64,000 bases of DNA from a virus (lineage: Duplodnaviria > Caudoviricetes): IMG/VR virus record IMGVR_UViG_3300020577_002484, positions 12,858-76,857 of that record; one strand, given 5' to 3'. Of this stretch, positions 37,031 through 46,747 are shown one piece after another. Position numbers and translations under genes: made by a program. The notes beneath the pieces are model-generated. The model made no database searches, had not been told where the DNA came from, and worked only from the letters and a program-made list of their open reading frames with translations. Position 1 is the first letter of the stretch. Each line of letters opens with the position of its first letter.

Positions 37031-37573
37031 TTAGGCATTAACAGTATAAGTAACCTTGAGTTGGTCACCGTTATTCACAGGGACAACAGAACCGAACGCG
37101 GCGGTGGACCAAAGGGTTCCACTCGTGCCACCCTTGGTTGAGTTGCTTGCCACAAAGATACCTTTGAGGTTAGCAGAACCAGTGATGGAGAACGTAGCAA
37201 CAGTTCCGTTAGTGATGGCTTTGGATGCCGAAGCGTCCGGACCCCACGCAACACGAGTGGATTCATTGTAGGTAGTGAACTCAGTCCAACCACTGTGAGA
37301 ACCCATCGTGTCAGCATCTGCAAAAGCGGTCCAACCAGAGTTGTTGACCAGTCCAAAGTACCAAGCTGCAATCTGGGTCTGATTACGGAACATGATGTCA
37401 AGCAAAGAATTCTTGCCCACATCGACGATACCGTTCTTGAACCCATAAACATTGAGGAGATTGCCTCTGCTGTCCAAGTGAAGCAAGTTGTACTTGCCAC
37501 CCATTTTCAATTGGCCTTCTTCAATAGAGTCCGGCACAGTGATCGAGGGCTTTTGGAAGTAAGAATTAAGCAT
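37031..37573 (-). CDS. Virion structural protein (tail-associated)
   Basis: KNGIVDVGKN.LLD.MF, WYFGL, GWTEFTTY...R, LWSTAAF pattern common in phage tail regions. Confidence 0.6.
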   Translation of the reverse strand: MLNSYFQKPSITVPDSIEEGQLKMGGKYNLLHLDSRGNLLNVYGFKNGIVDVGKNSLLDIMFRNQTQIAAWYFGLVNNSGWTAFADADTMGSHSGWTEFTTYNESTRVAWGPDASASKAITNGTVATFSITGSANLKGIFVASNSTKGGTSGTLWSTAAFGSVVPVNNGDQLKVTYTVNA

Positions 37574-37586
37574 TCTTTAGCCTTTC

Positions 37587-40500
37587 TTAGGTAAGTTTCA
37601 AAGTGCCGTTGCGAATGGCACGACGTAAATGGCGACCAATTTCAACGACTGATTGGGCCGGGGTACTATCACCGTTGACACTTACGTTAATGTCTCCGAT
37701 GTTAGTGACAGGTCCACCTTCAGAGAAACCACGAGGTGCGTAGCCACCATTCATTGCAACCAAGGTTGAATAGAATCTTTTGGTAGCTTCACCGTTGACA
37801 ATAAACTCATCACTTCTGGCTGCAATGATTTGATTATCACCAGAACCGTACGGGGTTGGTCCTCCTACCATACCACCTCTTGCTCGTCCGGGAATAGGTA
37901 TGGATTTACCATCTTGGTCTAATACGGTAAGTGGAGGTACACTACCAAGTTTGGATATAAGTTCATCAATTTTCTTAATGAGGTCGTTGAGAGACTCATT
38001 GCTATTGTTGAACAATTGTTCCTTGGCTTTATTCATTTGTTCATAGGCTTCAGTATACTGTACTTGAGCAGTTTTATAAGCTTCAAGGGCTTCGTTGATC
38101 TTATCAATATCTTCTTGACCACCAGCATCTGGATTTCTCTCAAGGATCTTTTTATAAAGTGAGTTGACTTTTGCAGTAGCACCCTTAATACCTGCAGTAG
38201 ATTGGTCCTTAGACGATCTATTCAGGTAGTCCAAAGCTTCTTGAAACTCCCTATTCAAGACCTTATCAGGTGTGTCAGCACCACCAACTCCGAAGGGTAT
38301 CTGTACCCCAACTCCTTTAGAGGACAGATTCTTCGATGCTTCTATGAGTATACCAGCAGCCCCGCCTTTAGCAGTTTCTGCCTCGGAAAGCTTTTTCGCT
38401 GTATTATCGCCACCTTGTTGCAATTGCTTTTGGGCAGCTAAAATTTTCTCTTGTATTTCAAAATACTGTTTGGCTACAGCAACCTTGTTCACAGCGTTGG
38501 CATAGCTTTGTTCCTCAAACAGTCTAAGTTGGGCTTCAATCTCCTTAGCTTTGTTGAGTATAGCTATTCTATCGTTTCCAAGAGTCTGGTTTAGGGACTT
38601 TTGAACATCTTTTTGACGTTGCTCCTGCTTATCAATATTTTGTTCTTCAAGTTCAATTCTTCTATTGTTAATATCTCTCAACTCATCAACTAATCCGTTG
38701 ACACTTCTCTTACCAGTCCCTCCCTTTTTCTTGTTAAGGGTATCTTGTTTCTGGATTGCCTTATCAAGGAAACCATCAGCAAGGTCGAATTGGCGTCTAG
38801 CTTCTTCAAAGTCACCTTTGTCTTGGGCTTCGATGCCTTTTTGCTTGGATTGGGCGGACCTTTGTTTGAGTGCAGAAATCTGTTGTTGGTCGGTCTTACC
38901 ACCTATTCGTCTGTTGAACTCTCGTTCTTCAAACGACTCGGTAAGTCTTTTGATAATCCGTTCACTTTCTTGGATACTATCCTTTGTATCCTTGAAAATG
39001 TCAAACTTCTTTCCTGCGATCTGATCAATTAACCTACTGGCCTCATCAAGGTTTGCTCTCGCATCCTCGACGCTACCAGTGAGGGACAGTTGACCCTGTT
39101 CGTTCACAGCGAATACGTTATTTGTCTTGTTATAAAGTTCAAGGAGTTTGTTTTGAAGAGCATTCAGAGTCTCTGAATCAGAGAGACCCTTAATAGAATC
39201 TTCAAATGTCTTTTTGTCAAAGTTGACTTGGAGATTCAATTCACGGTCAAGACTCTTTTCAATCTCATTCCTGGCCTTCTGAAGGAGTCTCTTCAAACCT
39301 TGGGTAATTTCCTCAGAGGAGTTATAAGTCTCTTTTTGAGAGGTTATAGCTTCATAGATTGATGGCAGGTCTTTGACTCTAGCGGCCAATAGGTCAACAG
39401 ATTTCAGAGCTTCATCAACTTGATTGGAATAAGCTTCATTTGCAGGTAAGAACTGTTGGTTCAGGTATTTGTTTCTCTGTTCGGAGAGTTCTCTGTAAGC
39501 AGCTATTTGTGCATAGAGTTGCTTATTTCTAAATTCTATGTACTCTCGTTGCTTATTTTCAAACTCTCTCTTCTCTTCGCTACCTGCTTTATCCCTCTGA
39601 TCGGACAGGTAAGCGTAGGCTCCAGCCAATGCCCCAATAGAAACAATTAACGCTCCAACTGGTGCTACCAAAGCTACCAAAGCAAGTGAGAACGAAGATA
39701 ATCCTAAGGTAGCAATACCAACAGTGGAGCCTATCGCAGTTATTACAGGAATTGCTAGTCTCAATGCACCGACTGCTGCTGTTGCAGCTATCAAACCGGA
39801 GATTGAGCCACCTAAACCTGATATGATTAGTCCAACATTTTGGGAATTGACTCCTAGGAGTCCAATGGAATTAGCAAGGACATTTATGGCCCCTGTGAAA
39901 ACCACTAGACCGTTGCTGACTCCAACAATCAAGTCACCGAATGATGCCACGATCTTATGCAACCCTTGCATACTGTCAGAGAGTCTTGCAATGGACCTTA
40001 CAAGATTGTTACCAATATCAATGGCTAAAACATTCTTGATCCTATTGATTTCTTGTTCAAACTTGAAGCCAGGATTTGTCAAAGCTATTGCTTTAGCTTT
40101 GTTATATTCCTCAAGAGCTTTCTTAGCTCCTTCGGCTGAGCCACCAACAGCCACTAGAGCTTTAGCGTATTTCTCTTCAAAGGTAGTGTTACCAGTAAAG
40201 GTAGCAATACCTTGGATAGCACGCATATCCTCTAGCTCTTTAGCTATTTTGCTGATACCACCTTTTTCTATCTCTTCGGCGAATTTTTGCAAAACACCGG
40301 AAAATCCAAAGGTAGCAATGGCTGCCTCCCCAGATGTGACCTTCCATTCACGGAATAAATCTTTCATTTCCTGTGTAGGCTTAATCAACTTCAAGAGGAC
40401 GTTACGCATCAAAGTGTTAGATGTATCAAATGTAACACCTTGAATGGTAGCCACAGCTATGGCAGCAGAAAGCTCTTCAAATCTAACACCAGCAATTGCA

Positions 40501-41672
40501 GCAAGAGAAGCCGTAGCACCAATGGTGTTTGCCATCTCAGCAGCACGAACACGTCCAACCTCAATAGTTTTGAACAGCACAGAGGTAACTCTGTCAGCAT
40601 CAAGAAGTGAGAGATTGTAAGAGTTCAATATACTGGAGATAAGATTAACAGAGTCACCGAGTGAAGAAACTGAGACCTTGGCAAACTCTGAGGCTTTGGC
40701 CATGAAGTTTGTCGAGGTAGCAGCATTCACAACCTGATTGGAGATTGCTTCGTAGGAACCTTCAGCAACATCAAGAATGTCCAGAGAAAAGTTGTCGCTC
40801 AATTGTCTTAAGCTGGCGGACCAGTCTGCTGTACTTCTTGAGTTTCTTTGAGTAATAGTTTGAATTTCAGCGATCTTAATTTGAAGCTTAACTGATTTAT
40901 CAGTGGCTTCGCTAATAGCACCAATCAATTGATTGATGAAGATGTGTGCAATCTGAATCTGGAAAAGTCTCACAAGGCTTTGCCAAGTGAGCAACAGTTG
41001 AGCAGATTGTTGATTAGCTTGTGGATAACCCGATCCACCTCCACCACCTCCCGGAGGGCCGGGCGGAGGACCGGGCGGAGGACCGGGTGGTCCCGGAGGC
41101 GGCGGTTGAGGAGGTCCGGGCGGAGGAGGTAAAGGTGGCCCCGGAGGTCTAGGACCGGGCGGTTGGGGTGGCCCCGGAGGTCTAGGACCGGGCGGTTGAG
41201 GAGGGTTAGGTGGATTATTTCTCGGTTGAGGGTATTGGTACCTTATCAAACCGTTCGCACTACTTAGTGAGGCTATTTTATCATGGATTTGTGAAACAGC
41301 ACGGTCTACTGTGATCAATGCGTTTGAGGTATTTATAGTCAATTGGGCAGGTGTTGATATCTCAGCCTTCAAATCTTGAATGGCCCTTTGGACTTTCCTC
41401 ATAATGAATTCGGATGATCGTAATTTAGAATTAACGACCTCCCACTCATTACTGACTCTCTTCAAGACCAGTTCAAGTTGCTTATTATTTGTAGTAAGCA
41501 ACTTGACTCTAAGGTCAACTAGCTGTCCAGCCTTATCGAACTTCTCAAAAGTGTCAACTACTTTGAGAATATCTCCACCGGTAGAAGCTAGAACATCCTT
41601 AACACCTTTCAACCCAGAAATGAAGTCTTTGGTGTCTACACCTAAATTGACAATTTCTTCTTTGCCAGCCAT
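37587..41672 (-). CDS. Tape measure protein (TP901-like core) with a polyproline insert
   Basis: 1361 aa; repeating helical pattern (FSLDILDVAEG.YE.IS, TL.RN.L.KL.KPT), hydrophobic middle, coiled-coil C-terminal half. Confidence 0.88.
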   Translation of the reverse strand: MAGKEEIVNLGVDTKDFISGLKGVKDVLASTGGDILKVVDTFEKFDKAGQLVDLRVKLLTTNNKQLELVLKRVSNEWEVVNSKLRSSEFIMRKVQRAIQDLKAEISTPAQLTINTSNALITVDRAVSQIHDKIASLSSANGLIRYQYPQPRNNPPNPPQPPGPRPPGPPQPPGPRPPGPPLPPPPGPPQPPPPGPPGPPPGPPPGPPGGGGGGSGYPQANQQSAQLLLTWQSLVRLFQIQIAHIFINQLIGAISEATDKSVKLQIKIAEIQTITQRNSRSTADWSASLRQLSDNFSLDILDVAEGSYEAISNQVVNAATSTNFMAKASEFAKVSVSSLGDSVNLISSILNSYNLSLLDADRVTSVLFKTIEVGRVRAAEMANTIGATASLAAIAGVRFEELSAAIAVATIQGVTFDTSNTLMRNVLLKLIKPTQEMKDLFREWKVTSGEAAIATFGFSGVLQKFAEEIEKGGISKIAKELEDMRAIQGIATFTGNTTFEEKYAKALVAVGGSAEGAKKALEEYNKAKAIALTNPGFKFEQEINRIKNVLAIDIGNNLVRSIARLSDSMQGLHKIVASFGDLIVGVSNGLVVFTGAINVLANSIGLLGVNSQNVGLIISGLGGSISGLIAATAAVGALRLAIPVITAIGSTVGIATLGLSSFSLALVALVAPVGALIVSIGALAGAYAYLSDQRDKAGSEEKREFENKQREYIEFRNKQLYAQIAAYRELSEQRNKYLNQQFLPANEAYSNQVDEALKSVDLLAARVKDLPSIYEAITSQKETYNSSEEITQGLKRLLQKARNEIEKSLDRELNLQVNFDKKTFEDSIKGLSDSETLNALQNKLLELYNKTNNVFAVNEQGQLSLTGSVEDARANLDEASRLIDQIAGKKFDIFKDTKDSIQESERIIKRLTESFEEREFNRRIGGKTDQQQISALKQRSAQSKQKGIEAQDKGDFEEARRQFDLADGFLDKAIQKQDTLNKKKGGTGKRSVNGLVDELRDINNRRIELEEQNIDKQEQRQKDVQKSLNQTLGNDRIAILNKAKEIEAQLRLFEEQSYANAVNKVAVAKQYFEIQEKILAAQKQLQQGGDNTAKKLSEAETAKGGAAGILIEASKNLSSKGVGVQIPFGVGGADTPDKVLNREFQEALDYLNRSSKDQSTAGIKGATAKVNSLYKKILERNPDAGGQEDIDKINEALEAYKTAQVQYTEAYEQMNKAKEQLFNNSNESLNDLIKKIDELISKLGSVPPLTVLDQDGKSIPIPGRARGGMVGGPTPYGSGDNQIIAARSDEFIVNGEATKRFYSTLVAMNGGYAPRGFSEGGPVTNIGDINVSVNGDSTPAQSVVEIGRHLRRAIRNGTLKLT

Positions 41673-41674
41673 TA

Positions 41675-42337
41675 TTAGACTTTCCTTCTGGTTCTAATCC
41701 GGATCTTGGGACCATTAACATACCGACTATTCGCACCATAAGTTATGTTAGTTTCCAAGAAGAAGTCTTGAAATTTAGGTAGATGATCCCTGATGTCAGA
41801 CATACTTGCGAACCAAGCATCCCTACCGCGTTGTAGTGCGAACCAAGGCCCGGTGTTTCCTAAGTTGTGAAATTCTGCTAAGGTGAAATGGTACACCTTA
41901 GTTTGAAAGGTGAATTTGATCTTATTACTGTTAAGATCAAATAGGTCATCTGGTGAGGAGGCATTGGTGGATAATCTAGCCCCAGATTCTGGGGTTTTTC
42001 TGATTCTTGGGCCACCACCCGGTGGGTAGTACCACTTGACTAATGATCTCCACCTACCACCTTTCCACTTTCTACCCCTGTTTGTACGTCTTTGACTTGT
42101 TACTTGCCTCTCCGTGTATGGTAGGGATGCAATTGGTACTGCCACCTTTAGCAATCGTCCTAAGTTCAAAAATGAACCTCGTGCCATACCAGTCTGTACG
42201 GGGACAAGAGGAATGGCTGCCCGCAGAAAAGCACGGGAAGCCACTCGGGATCTAGTAAGAACAGCCTCATTGGTAGCTTTAGTCATATTCTCAACATCGA
42301 GACCTAGAATAGTTACAGTAGCTGTGAATCTAGGCAT
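41675..42337 (-). CDS. Putative tail completion protein (HK97 gp10-like)
   Basis: PVQTG.ARGS motif, Arg-rich. Confidence 0.55.
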   Translation of the reverse strand: MPRFTATVTILGLDVENMTKATNEAVLTRSRVASRAFLRAAIPLVPVQTGMARGSFLNLGRLLKVAVPIASLPYTERQVTSQRRTNRGRKWKGGRWRSLVKWYYPPGGGPRIRKTPESGARLSTNASSPDDLFDLNSNKIKFTFQTKVYHFTLAEFHNLGNTGPWFALQRGRDAWFASMSDIRDHLPKFQDFFLETNITYGANSRYVNGPKIRIRTRRKV

Positions 42338-42561
42338 TATATTCCTCTCAATGCTGAGTAAATTTCAGTCTCCTCCATTTGTCGAAGCTGACTGTAAGCT
42401 ATCAAAGCGGCCTGAGCATCTACATCGCAATCCTCCCACTTACCATTTACGTTGGGTGGGAGGATTTTGAACCTCTCGCAAGCACTCCAGACAGCATATC
42501 TCTCCGTCCTAGCCGGAGGTAAGATTACTCTGTTGGTGTACTCGCTAGACCAGCTAAAAAA
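42337..42561 (-). CDS. -1 frame extension of the tail assembly chaperone (gpGT-like), not in the ORF track
   Basis: Slippery T TTT TTA at 42561-42555, then an open -1 frame FFSWSSEY...YAVWSACERFKILPP...ALIAYSQLRQMEE...GI ending TAA, which overlaps the next ATG. Confidence 0.85.
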   Translation of the reverse strand, partial: FFSWSSEYTNRVILPPARTERYAVWSACERFKILPPNVNGKWEDCDVDAQAALIAYSQLRQMEETEIYSALRGI

Positions 42562-42995
42562 GATTCTCTGGCCCTCTGAATCTTAGATTCGCTGAGGCCA
42601 TTCACGATAGTGATGGTATTGAGAAGATACAAAATCTCGCCTTCAGTCAAGAAGGTTCTGAGTTCATCCTTCCAATCCTTCCAAGTCTGAGGATCTTCAT
42701 ACTTGACCATTTCCCATTCAAGTCCCGGTGTGTCCCGGAGTGATGTGAGAATGGTCCAGTCGGACTTCATTTGCAAATACTTAGCGATGTCTTCCTTATA
42801 CTCATCGCTCTCCACATTTTTGACTACCCTGTTGTCAGGGTAACGGATGACCGGAGGTTCTGGTATCGGTACCATCTTCTCAAAGTCTTCATGAGAGAGC
42901 AAAGCTTTGCAATAAAAAACAACGTCCCCATCTTCGCGAGGGAAGATGGCATACTCAACTGAGGGTGCGGATAATTTCCGACCATTGATCTTCAT
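42525..42995 (-). CDS. Tail assembly chaperone (gpG-like)
   Basis: Position between tail tube and TMP; ends in a slippery heptamer. Confidence 0.8.
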   Translation of the reverse strand: MKINGRKLSAPSVEYAIFPREDGDVVFYCKALLSHEDFEKMVPIPEPPVIRYPDNRVVKNVESDEYKEDIAKYLQMKSDWTILTSLRDTPGLEWEMVKYEDPQTWKDWKDELRTFLTEGEILYLLNTITIVNGLSESKIQRARESFLAGLASTPTE

Positions 42996-43009
42996 AACTG
43001 GCCTTTCAC

Positions 43010-43495
43010 TTATTTGCCCAAGATACCAACAGAAACATTGATACTGTTGCTGCCGGGATTTGCGATTTTGAAAATATCCGCAGACGATGCGGTAACGATA
43101 TAACCACCAACACCACTAAACAAGAACAGACATCCAGTGGGTCCAACCACAACCTTGTCAGTAGCAGAACCGAGCCAAGCGGCAAAATTGCTGTTACCAA
43201 CTTCAATGGTGTCACCGGGCGTGGCGTTCAAGTTAATGACGCAGAATCCATAAACCACAGTAAAGACAGAGGACTGACCAAGGAGGTCAGTCAATGCTCC
43301 ACTGAGGTCAATGCTCTGGTTACCACTTCCAGAGATTGCGTACTTGTTATGGAAGAACAAAGCCGTATCGCTGGGAACCGTCGGGGCAAATGAAAGGAAG
43401 AAGTTTTCAACCTGAACAGAACCATCAGTAGAACTTTTGGTTGATTTCGCTCCAAAAGTCAAGGACGCTTGCTTATTGTCAAGTGTCAAACTCAT
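43010..43495 (-). CDS. Hypothetical virion protein
   Basis: 161 aa, beta-rich, coupled to the tail tube gene. Confidence 0.6.
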   Translation of the reverse strand: MSLTLDNKQASLTFGAKSTKSSTDGSVQVENFFLSFAPTVPSDTALFFHNKYAISGSGNQSIDLSGALTDLLGQSSVFTVVYGFCVINLNATPGDTIEVGNSNFAAWLGSATDKVVVGPTGCLFLFSGVGGYIVTASSADIFKIANPGSNSINVSVGILGK

Positions 43496-43980
43496 TAGGA
43501 CGATCTCGCAGCGGTGACCTTAGTAATGTTGCACTTACCAGAGATGGACACCGTACCATCTTTGGCGTTGTGATCCAACTTCTCATAGCGGAAGTCAGAG
43601 AGGGTAATGGTTTCCTTCTTGATGCCAGCACAACCCGGAGTGTAGATCACGACAAGATCAACAGCATACGGTCGGCAAGCATCAGTATCAGAAGATGCCC
43701 AAGAAGAGGCTCCGCCGGTCTGCTTGAGGGCATCCTCCAAAGTGGTCTCACCAGTGTCACCAGTGATGAAATCCCACTTCGCGTCGATCTTGACATCCAC
43801 AGGAACGTCATCACCTTCCCGCACCTCATCAATGACGCCACGATTGAGCTTATACTCAATGTTTCGGCTTTCGGTGTAGGTAAGGGTACCTTCACCAATC
43901 GTAACGTCAATATGATTCGGGGTCGGAGAAGTTCCGTCCTGAATACGAATGACTGCCTTTTTCAGGGAAAATTGGGACAT
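43495..43980 (-). CDS. Major tail tube protein
   Basis: Tube-like GEG.LTYTE.R..EY..NRG and ETITL.DF..E.L......TVS.SG patterns; biased codons. Confidence 0.7.
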   Translation of the reverse strand: MSQFSLKKAVIRIQDGTSPTPNHIDVTIGEGTLTYTESRNIEYKLNRGVIDEVREGDDVPVDVKIDAKWDFITGDTGETTLEDALKQTGGASSWASSDTDACRPYAVDLVVIYTPGCAGIKKETITLSDFRYEKLDHNAKDGTVSISGKCNITKVTAARSS

Positions 43981-43982
43981 TG

Positions 43983-44429
43983 CTACTCCTCTATGAGAAG
44001 ATTATAAGAAGCCTCAATGGTACCACATTGTAGTCCCTTTGGAGATTCTTGATCGTACCTCTCAGTAATTACGCTTGTTATTTGATCGAAACACCCTAAC
44101 AGTTCACCATTATCATCCACACCGCTTCCGTACTTGTAAATTGGTATAGATGTAGTGAAACAGGGCAACCCCTCACCAAGTATCCTATCAAAAGCGTAAA
44201 GATCACTTTGGGTCATCTCAACTTGGACTAGCAAATTGATATAGACTGTAAGAGTGAACCTTCCTTTGGTAGTTTCAGAGATATTAGGACCATCTATCCG
44301 TAACTCGTAACGAGTTACATCGGGATGATCGCTTTCACCCTCAACTACCAATTTCACTTCTGATGGCAAACTTGTTTGAAAATGTTTTGCTATAGAAGAT
44401 TTTACCCATCTAGGCCAATGCTTATTCAT
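43983..44429 (-). CDS. Tail terminator protein
   Basis: Size and synteny before the tube gene. Confidence 0.55.
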   Translation of the reverse strand: MNKHWPRWVKSSIAKHFQTSLPSEVKLVVEGESDHPDVTRYELRIDGPNISETTKGRFTLTVYINLLVQVEMTQSDLYAFDRILGEGLPCFTTSIPIYKYGSGVDDNGELLGCFDQITSVITERYDQESPKGLQCGTIEASYNLLIEE

Positions 44430-44817
44430 GTGCCTCCGTGGTGACTACATAGCCAAAACCCTCAATATCAGTAACATCCTTAATGGCATACTCAATATCT
44501 CGGTATTTGACAACATCCCCGATCTTAGGGATAAACTCCATGTCTTTCCTGTCGATCGCATATTGGGTAGAACCCAAAGTAACTTCAGAGCCAAAACGAA
44601 AATGCCTGAATACCGCTCCAAACTCTACGCTTGATGAGGATAATTCAGGCATTTTTATAGCTCTCTGGATGTCATAATCCTGATCTGTGACTGCTGCCAG
44701 TCCAGTTTCCAAGTTTCTTTGGCCAGATGTTCTTCTGATAATGGTAACAGGCACACCATACTGTCTTTTCAGACGGTAAAAGGTTTGCTTGATAAACTGT
44801 GTTTGATTATTGACCAC
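44422..44817 (-). CDS. Head closure (stopper) protein
   Basis: YG.PVTI.R, PKIGD.V.Y...EY.IKDV pattern. Confidence 0.65.
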   Translation of the reverse strand: MVNNQTQFIKQTFYRLKRQYGVPVTIIRRTSGQRNLETGLAAVTDQDYDIQRAIKMPELSSSSVEFGAVFRHFRFGSEVTLGSTQYAIDRKDMEFIPKIGDVVKYRDIEYAIKDVTDIEGFGYVVTTEAHE

Positions 44818-45271
44818 TGGTCCTTCCTTTGGTCTCCAACTTCAAGACCCTATTAGAAGTTTCCTTTTCCGAGATTTTCAGTTCCTTCATATCATTGAGA
44901 ATCACATCAATCTTATCTTCCATTCGGATGATAGTCTTGACAGCATTCTGCAACTCCTTGATGTCGGTCTTAATAGAGGCGACATCTGAGGTGATATAAG
45001 GTTTGTCTCTGGACCAAGAGGTTTTATCTATCTCTTTCTGAAGCTCACCAACCTTATCTTGTAGAATTTCGCGAGTTACGAAAGTCTTCTCAAAGGCTGA
45101 TAATTGAGCATTCGGTCCGAAAGATAACCATGTTCCTAGACCAGTGATTAGGGCCGTAAGTAAGACTGCTACAAGTCCAATCAGAACATTGTTAAGCCTA
45201 TCCTTAGTTCTTTCGTTTCTTTCAAGAATCATTTCCTCAGAAAATTCTTGAAAATCTATTGTATCAGTCAT
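44807..45271 (-). CDS. Membrane protein with TM helix and coiled coil (lysis-related candidate)
   Basis: VLIGLVAVLLTALITGLGTWL followed by heptad repeats. Confidence 0.55.
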   Translation of the reverse strand: MTDTIDFQEFSEEMILERNERTKDRLNNVLIGLVAVLLTALITGLGTWLSFGPNAQLSAFEKTFVTREILQDKVGELQKEIDKTSWSRDKPYITSDVASIKTDIKELQNAVKTIIRMEDKIDVILNDMKELKISEKETSNRVLKLETKGRTSGQ

Positions 45272-45294
45272 CTATGGTCACTTTCTAAGAAAAC

Positions 45295-45326
45295 ACTCAG
45301 GGTTGGTATTGCTACCAACCCTGAGT
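45295..45326 (-). terminator. Terminator after the major capsid gene
   Basis: 14-bp inverted repeat ACTCAGGGTTGGTA/TACCAACCCTGAGT with GCAA loop on the minus strand, followed by GTTTTCTT. Confidence 0.8.
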
Positions 45327-45334
45327 AGAAAGGA

Positions 45335-46735
45335 TTAACCCATGAGGACGCAACCCAGATTGGTGTCGAGAACCTTGATGCCGAACAGCATGTCAAGGGT
45401 CACTTGAGTACCCTGCTTGGTCGGGTTGTACGACAAGGTCGCCCGGAGGGACAGACCATTGTAGTTCACGACCGCAGCACGAGCACCAGAACCTGCCGGA
45501 GGCAGGGCCAGAGGACGGACAACCAACGCAATTGCGTTGCGATGGAACGCAAAGTTGTAGTCACCGGTACCCATCGGGTAGATCGGATCGCTGTTGCTGA
45601 TAGCAGCCTCCAGCGGACGATCCAACAGAATGGTGTTGTCGGTGGAATTGGCGTCAACGATCGTGTAGACCGCAGACGAGGCAGAAGTGCCAAACGTAAC
45701 CATCTGACCATCTTGGAACTTGATAGTCGGGTTGGTCACAGCAATGGTCTTCGTCCAACCAGCAGCATATCCACCACTCAGGTTCACGGAGCCGCCAGTG
45801 ATCGGGGTGATCACAGCGTTGTCAGCAACCGCAGAACGCAGACCCGGAGCAGCAATGGTGATACCAGTGGTGTTTCCGGTCGTCAGGGACGAAGAAACAA
45901 CACGGTACGGATCACTTCCAATCAGGATGAAGCTGTTGGACGGGATCGCATCACCAGTGAAACCATCAACCACCAGAACAGTCGTACCAACCGCGTAGCT
46001 ACCAGAGTGATTGACAGCACCGGCAGACCCGGTGGTAACGCTACCAATGCTGGCCATGTTCTGACCCATGTAGTGGTCAAAACCGAGCTTGCGGTCAATC
46101 ATCGCGTTCCGCATTGCAGCACCACCGTCACCGGAGGTATTGGCCTGAAGGATAATGTCGGCCTTCAAGACGTTAGTCTCGGAGGACGGTGCCCAAACGA
46201 TGTTACGACCCGAAACGTACGCCTTGTTGATGTTCATCTTGTTACGAACATCGAGGATCTTGTCCTTGGCGTTCGAGCTAGTCAGACCACCGGGCGTACC
46301 AACAAAGTTGGCATAGAACTGAGAATACTGACCGAGAACGATCTGATCAATGAACCGGGCCTGAGCGAGCAGGGCCGGAGCGAGGTAAGTGGCAACCAGA
46401 TCCTTGAAGGACCAAGTTTGTTCCACGTCGCGGATCAGGAACGAGACTTCAGCATGCTGGTTCAACGGGACAGCCACATTCGTGGAAGTCGCATCTTGCA
46501 GCGTGATGTCGTCGTTCGTACCCTTACGCTTCGATTGGAACTCGCCCGGACGACGGGTGTTTACCGTGTCGCCATAGGCTTGGAGTTGATTCTCGAAATC
46601 CCGGTGGACGAGGTTGGTAGCGACCATGTTCTCTTCGAGAATGGCCAAACCTTCCTGTGCCCAGAGTTCCGGGATGAAGGGATCAACACTGTTGGCGAAC
46701 ACGCGGATAGCGTGGTTGAGAATGGAATTTTCCAT
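45335..46735 (-). CDS. Major capsid protein (HK97 fold, P22-coat-like) with two inserted beta domains
   Basis: F.PELWA.E.L..LEEN.V..NLV.RD, GDTV...RP, N.AFHRNAIALV.RPL, LD.LFG.K.L. Confidence 0.9.
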   Translation of the reverse strand: MENSILNHAIRVFANSVDPFIPELWAQEGLAILEENMVATNLVHRDFENQLQAYGDTVNTRRPGEFQSKRKGTNDDITLQDATSTNVAVPLNQHAEVSFLIRDVEQTWSFKDLVATYLAPALLAQARFIDQIVLGQYSQFYANFVGTPGGLTSSNAKDKILDVRNKMNINKAYVSGRNIVWAPSSETNVLKADIILQANTSGDGGAAMRNAMIDRKLGFDHYMGQNMASIGSVTTGSAGAVNHSGSYAVGTTVLVVDGFTGDAIPSNSFILIGSDPYRVVSSSLTTGNTTGITIAAPGLRSAVADNAVITPITGGSVNLSGGYAAGWTKTIAVTNPTIKFQDGQMVTFGTSASSAVYTIVDANSTDNTILLDRPLEAAISNSDPIYPMGTGDYNFAFHRNAIALVVRPLALPPAGSGARAAVVNYNGLSLRATLSYNPTKQGTQVTLDMLFGIKVLDTNLGCVLMG

Positions 46736-46747
46736 TAGGGCCTTTCA

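Noticed and set aside
45404-46738. 444-aa plus-strand ORF opposite the capsid gene
   Set aside because: Antisense shadow caused by strong codon bias of the capsid gene; no RBS or recognisable motifs
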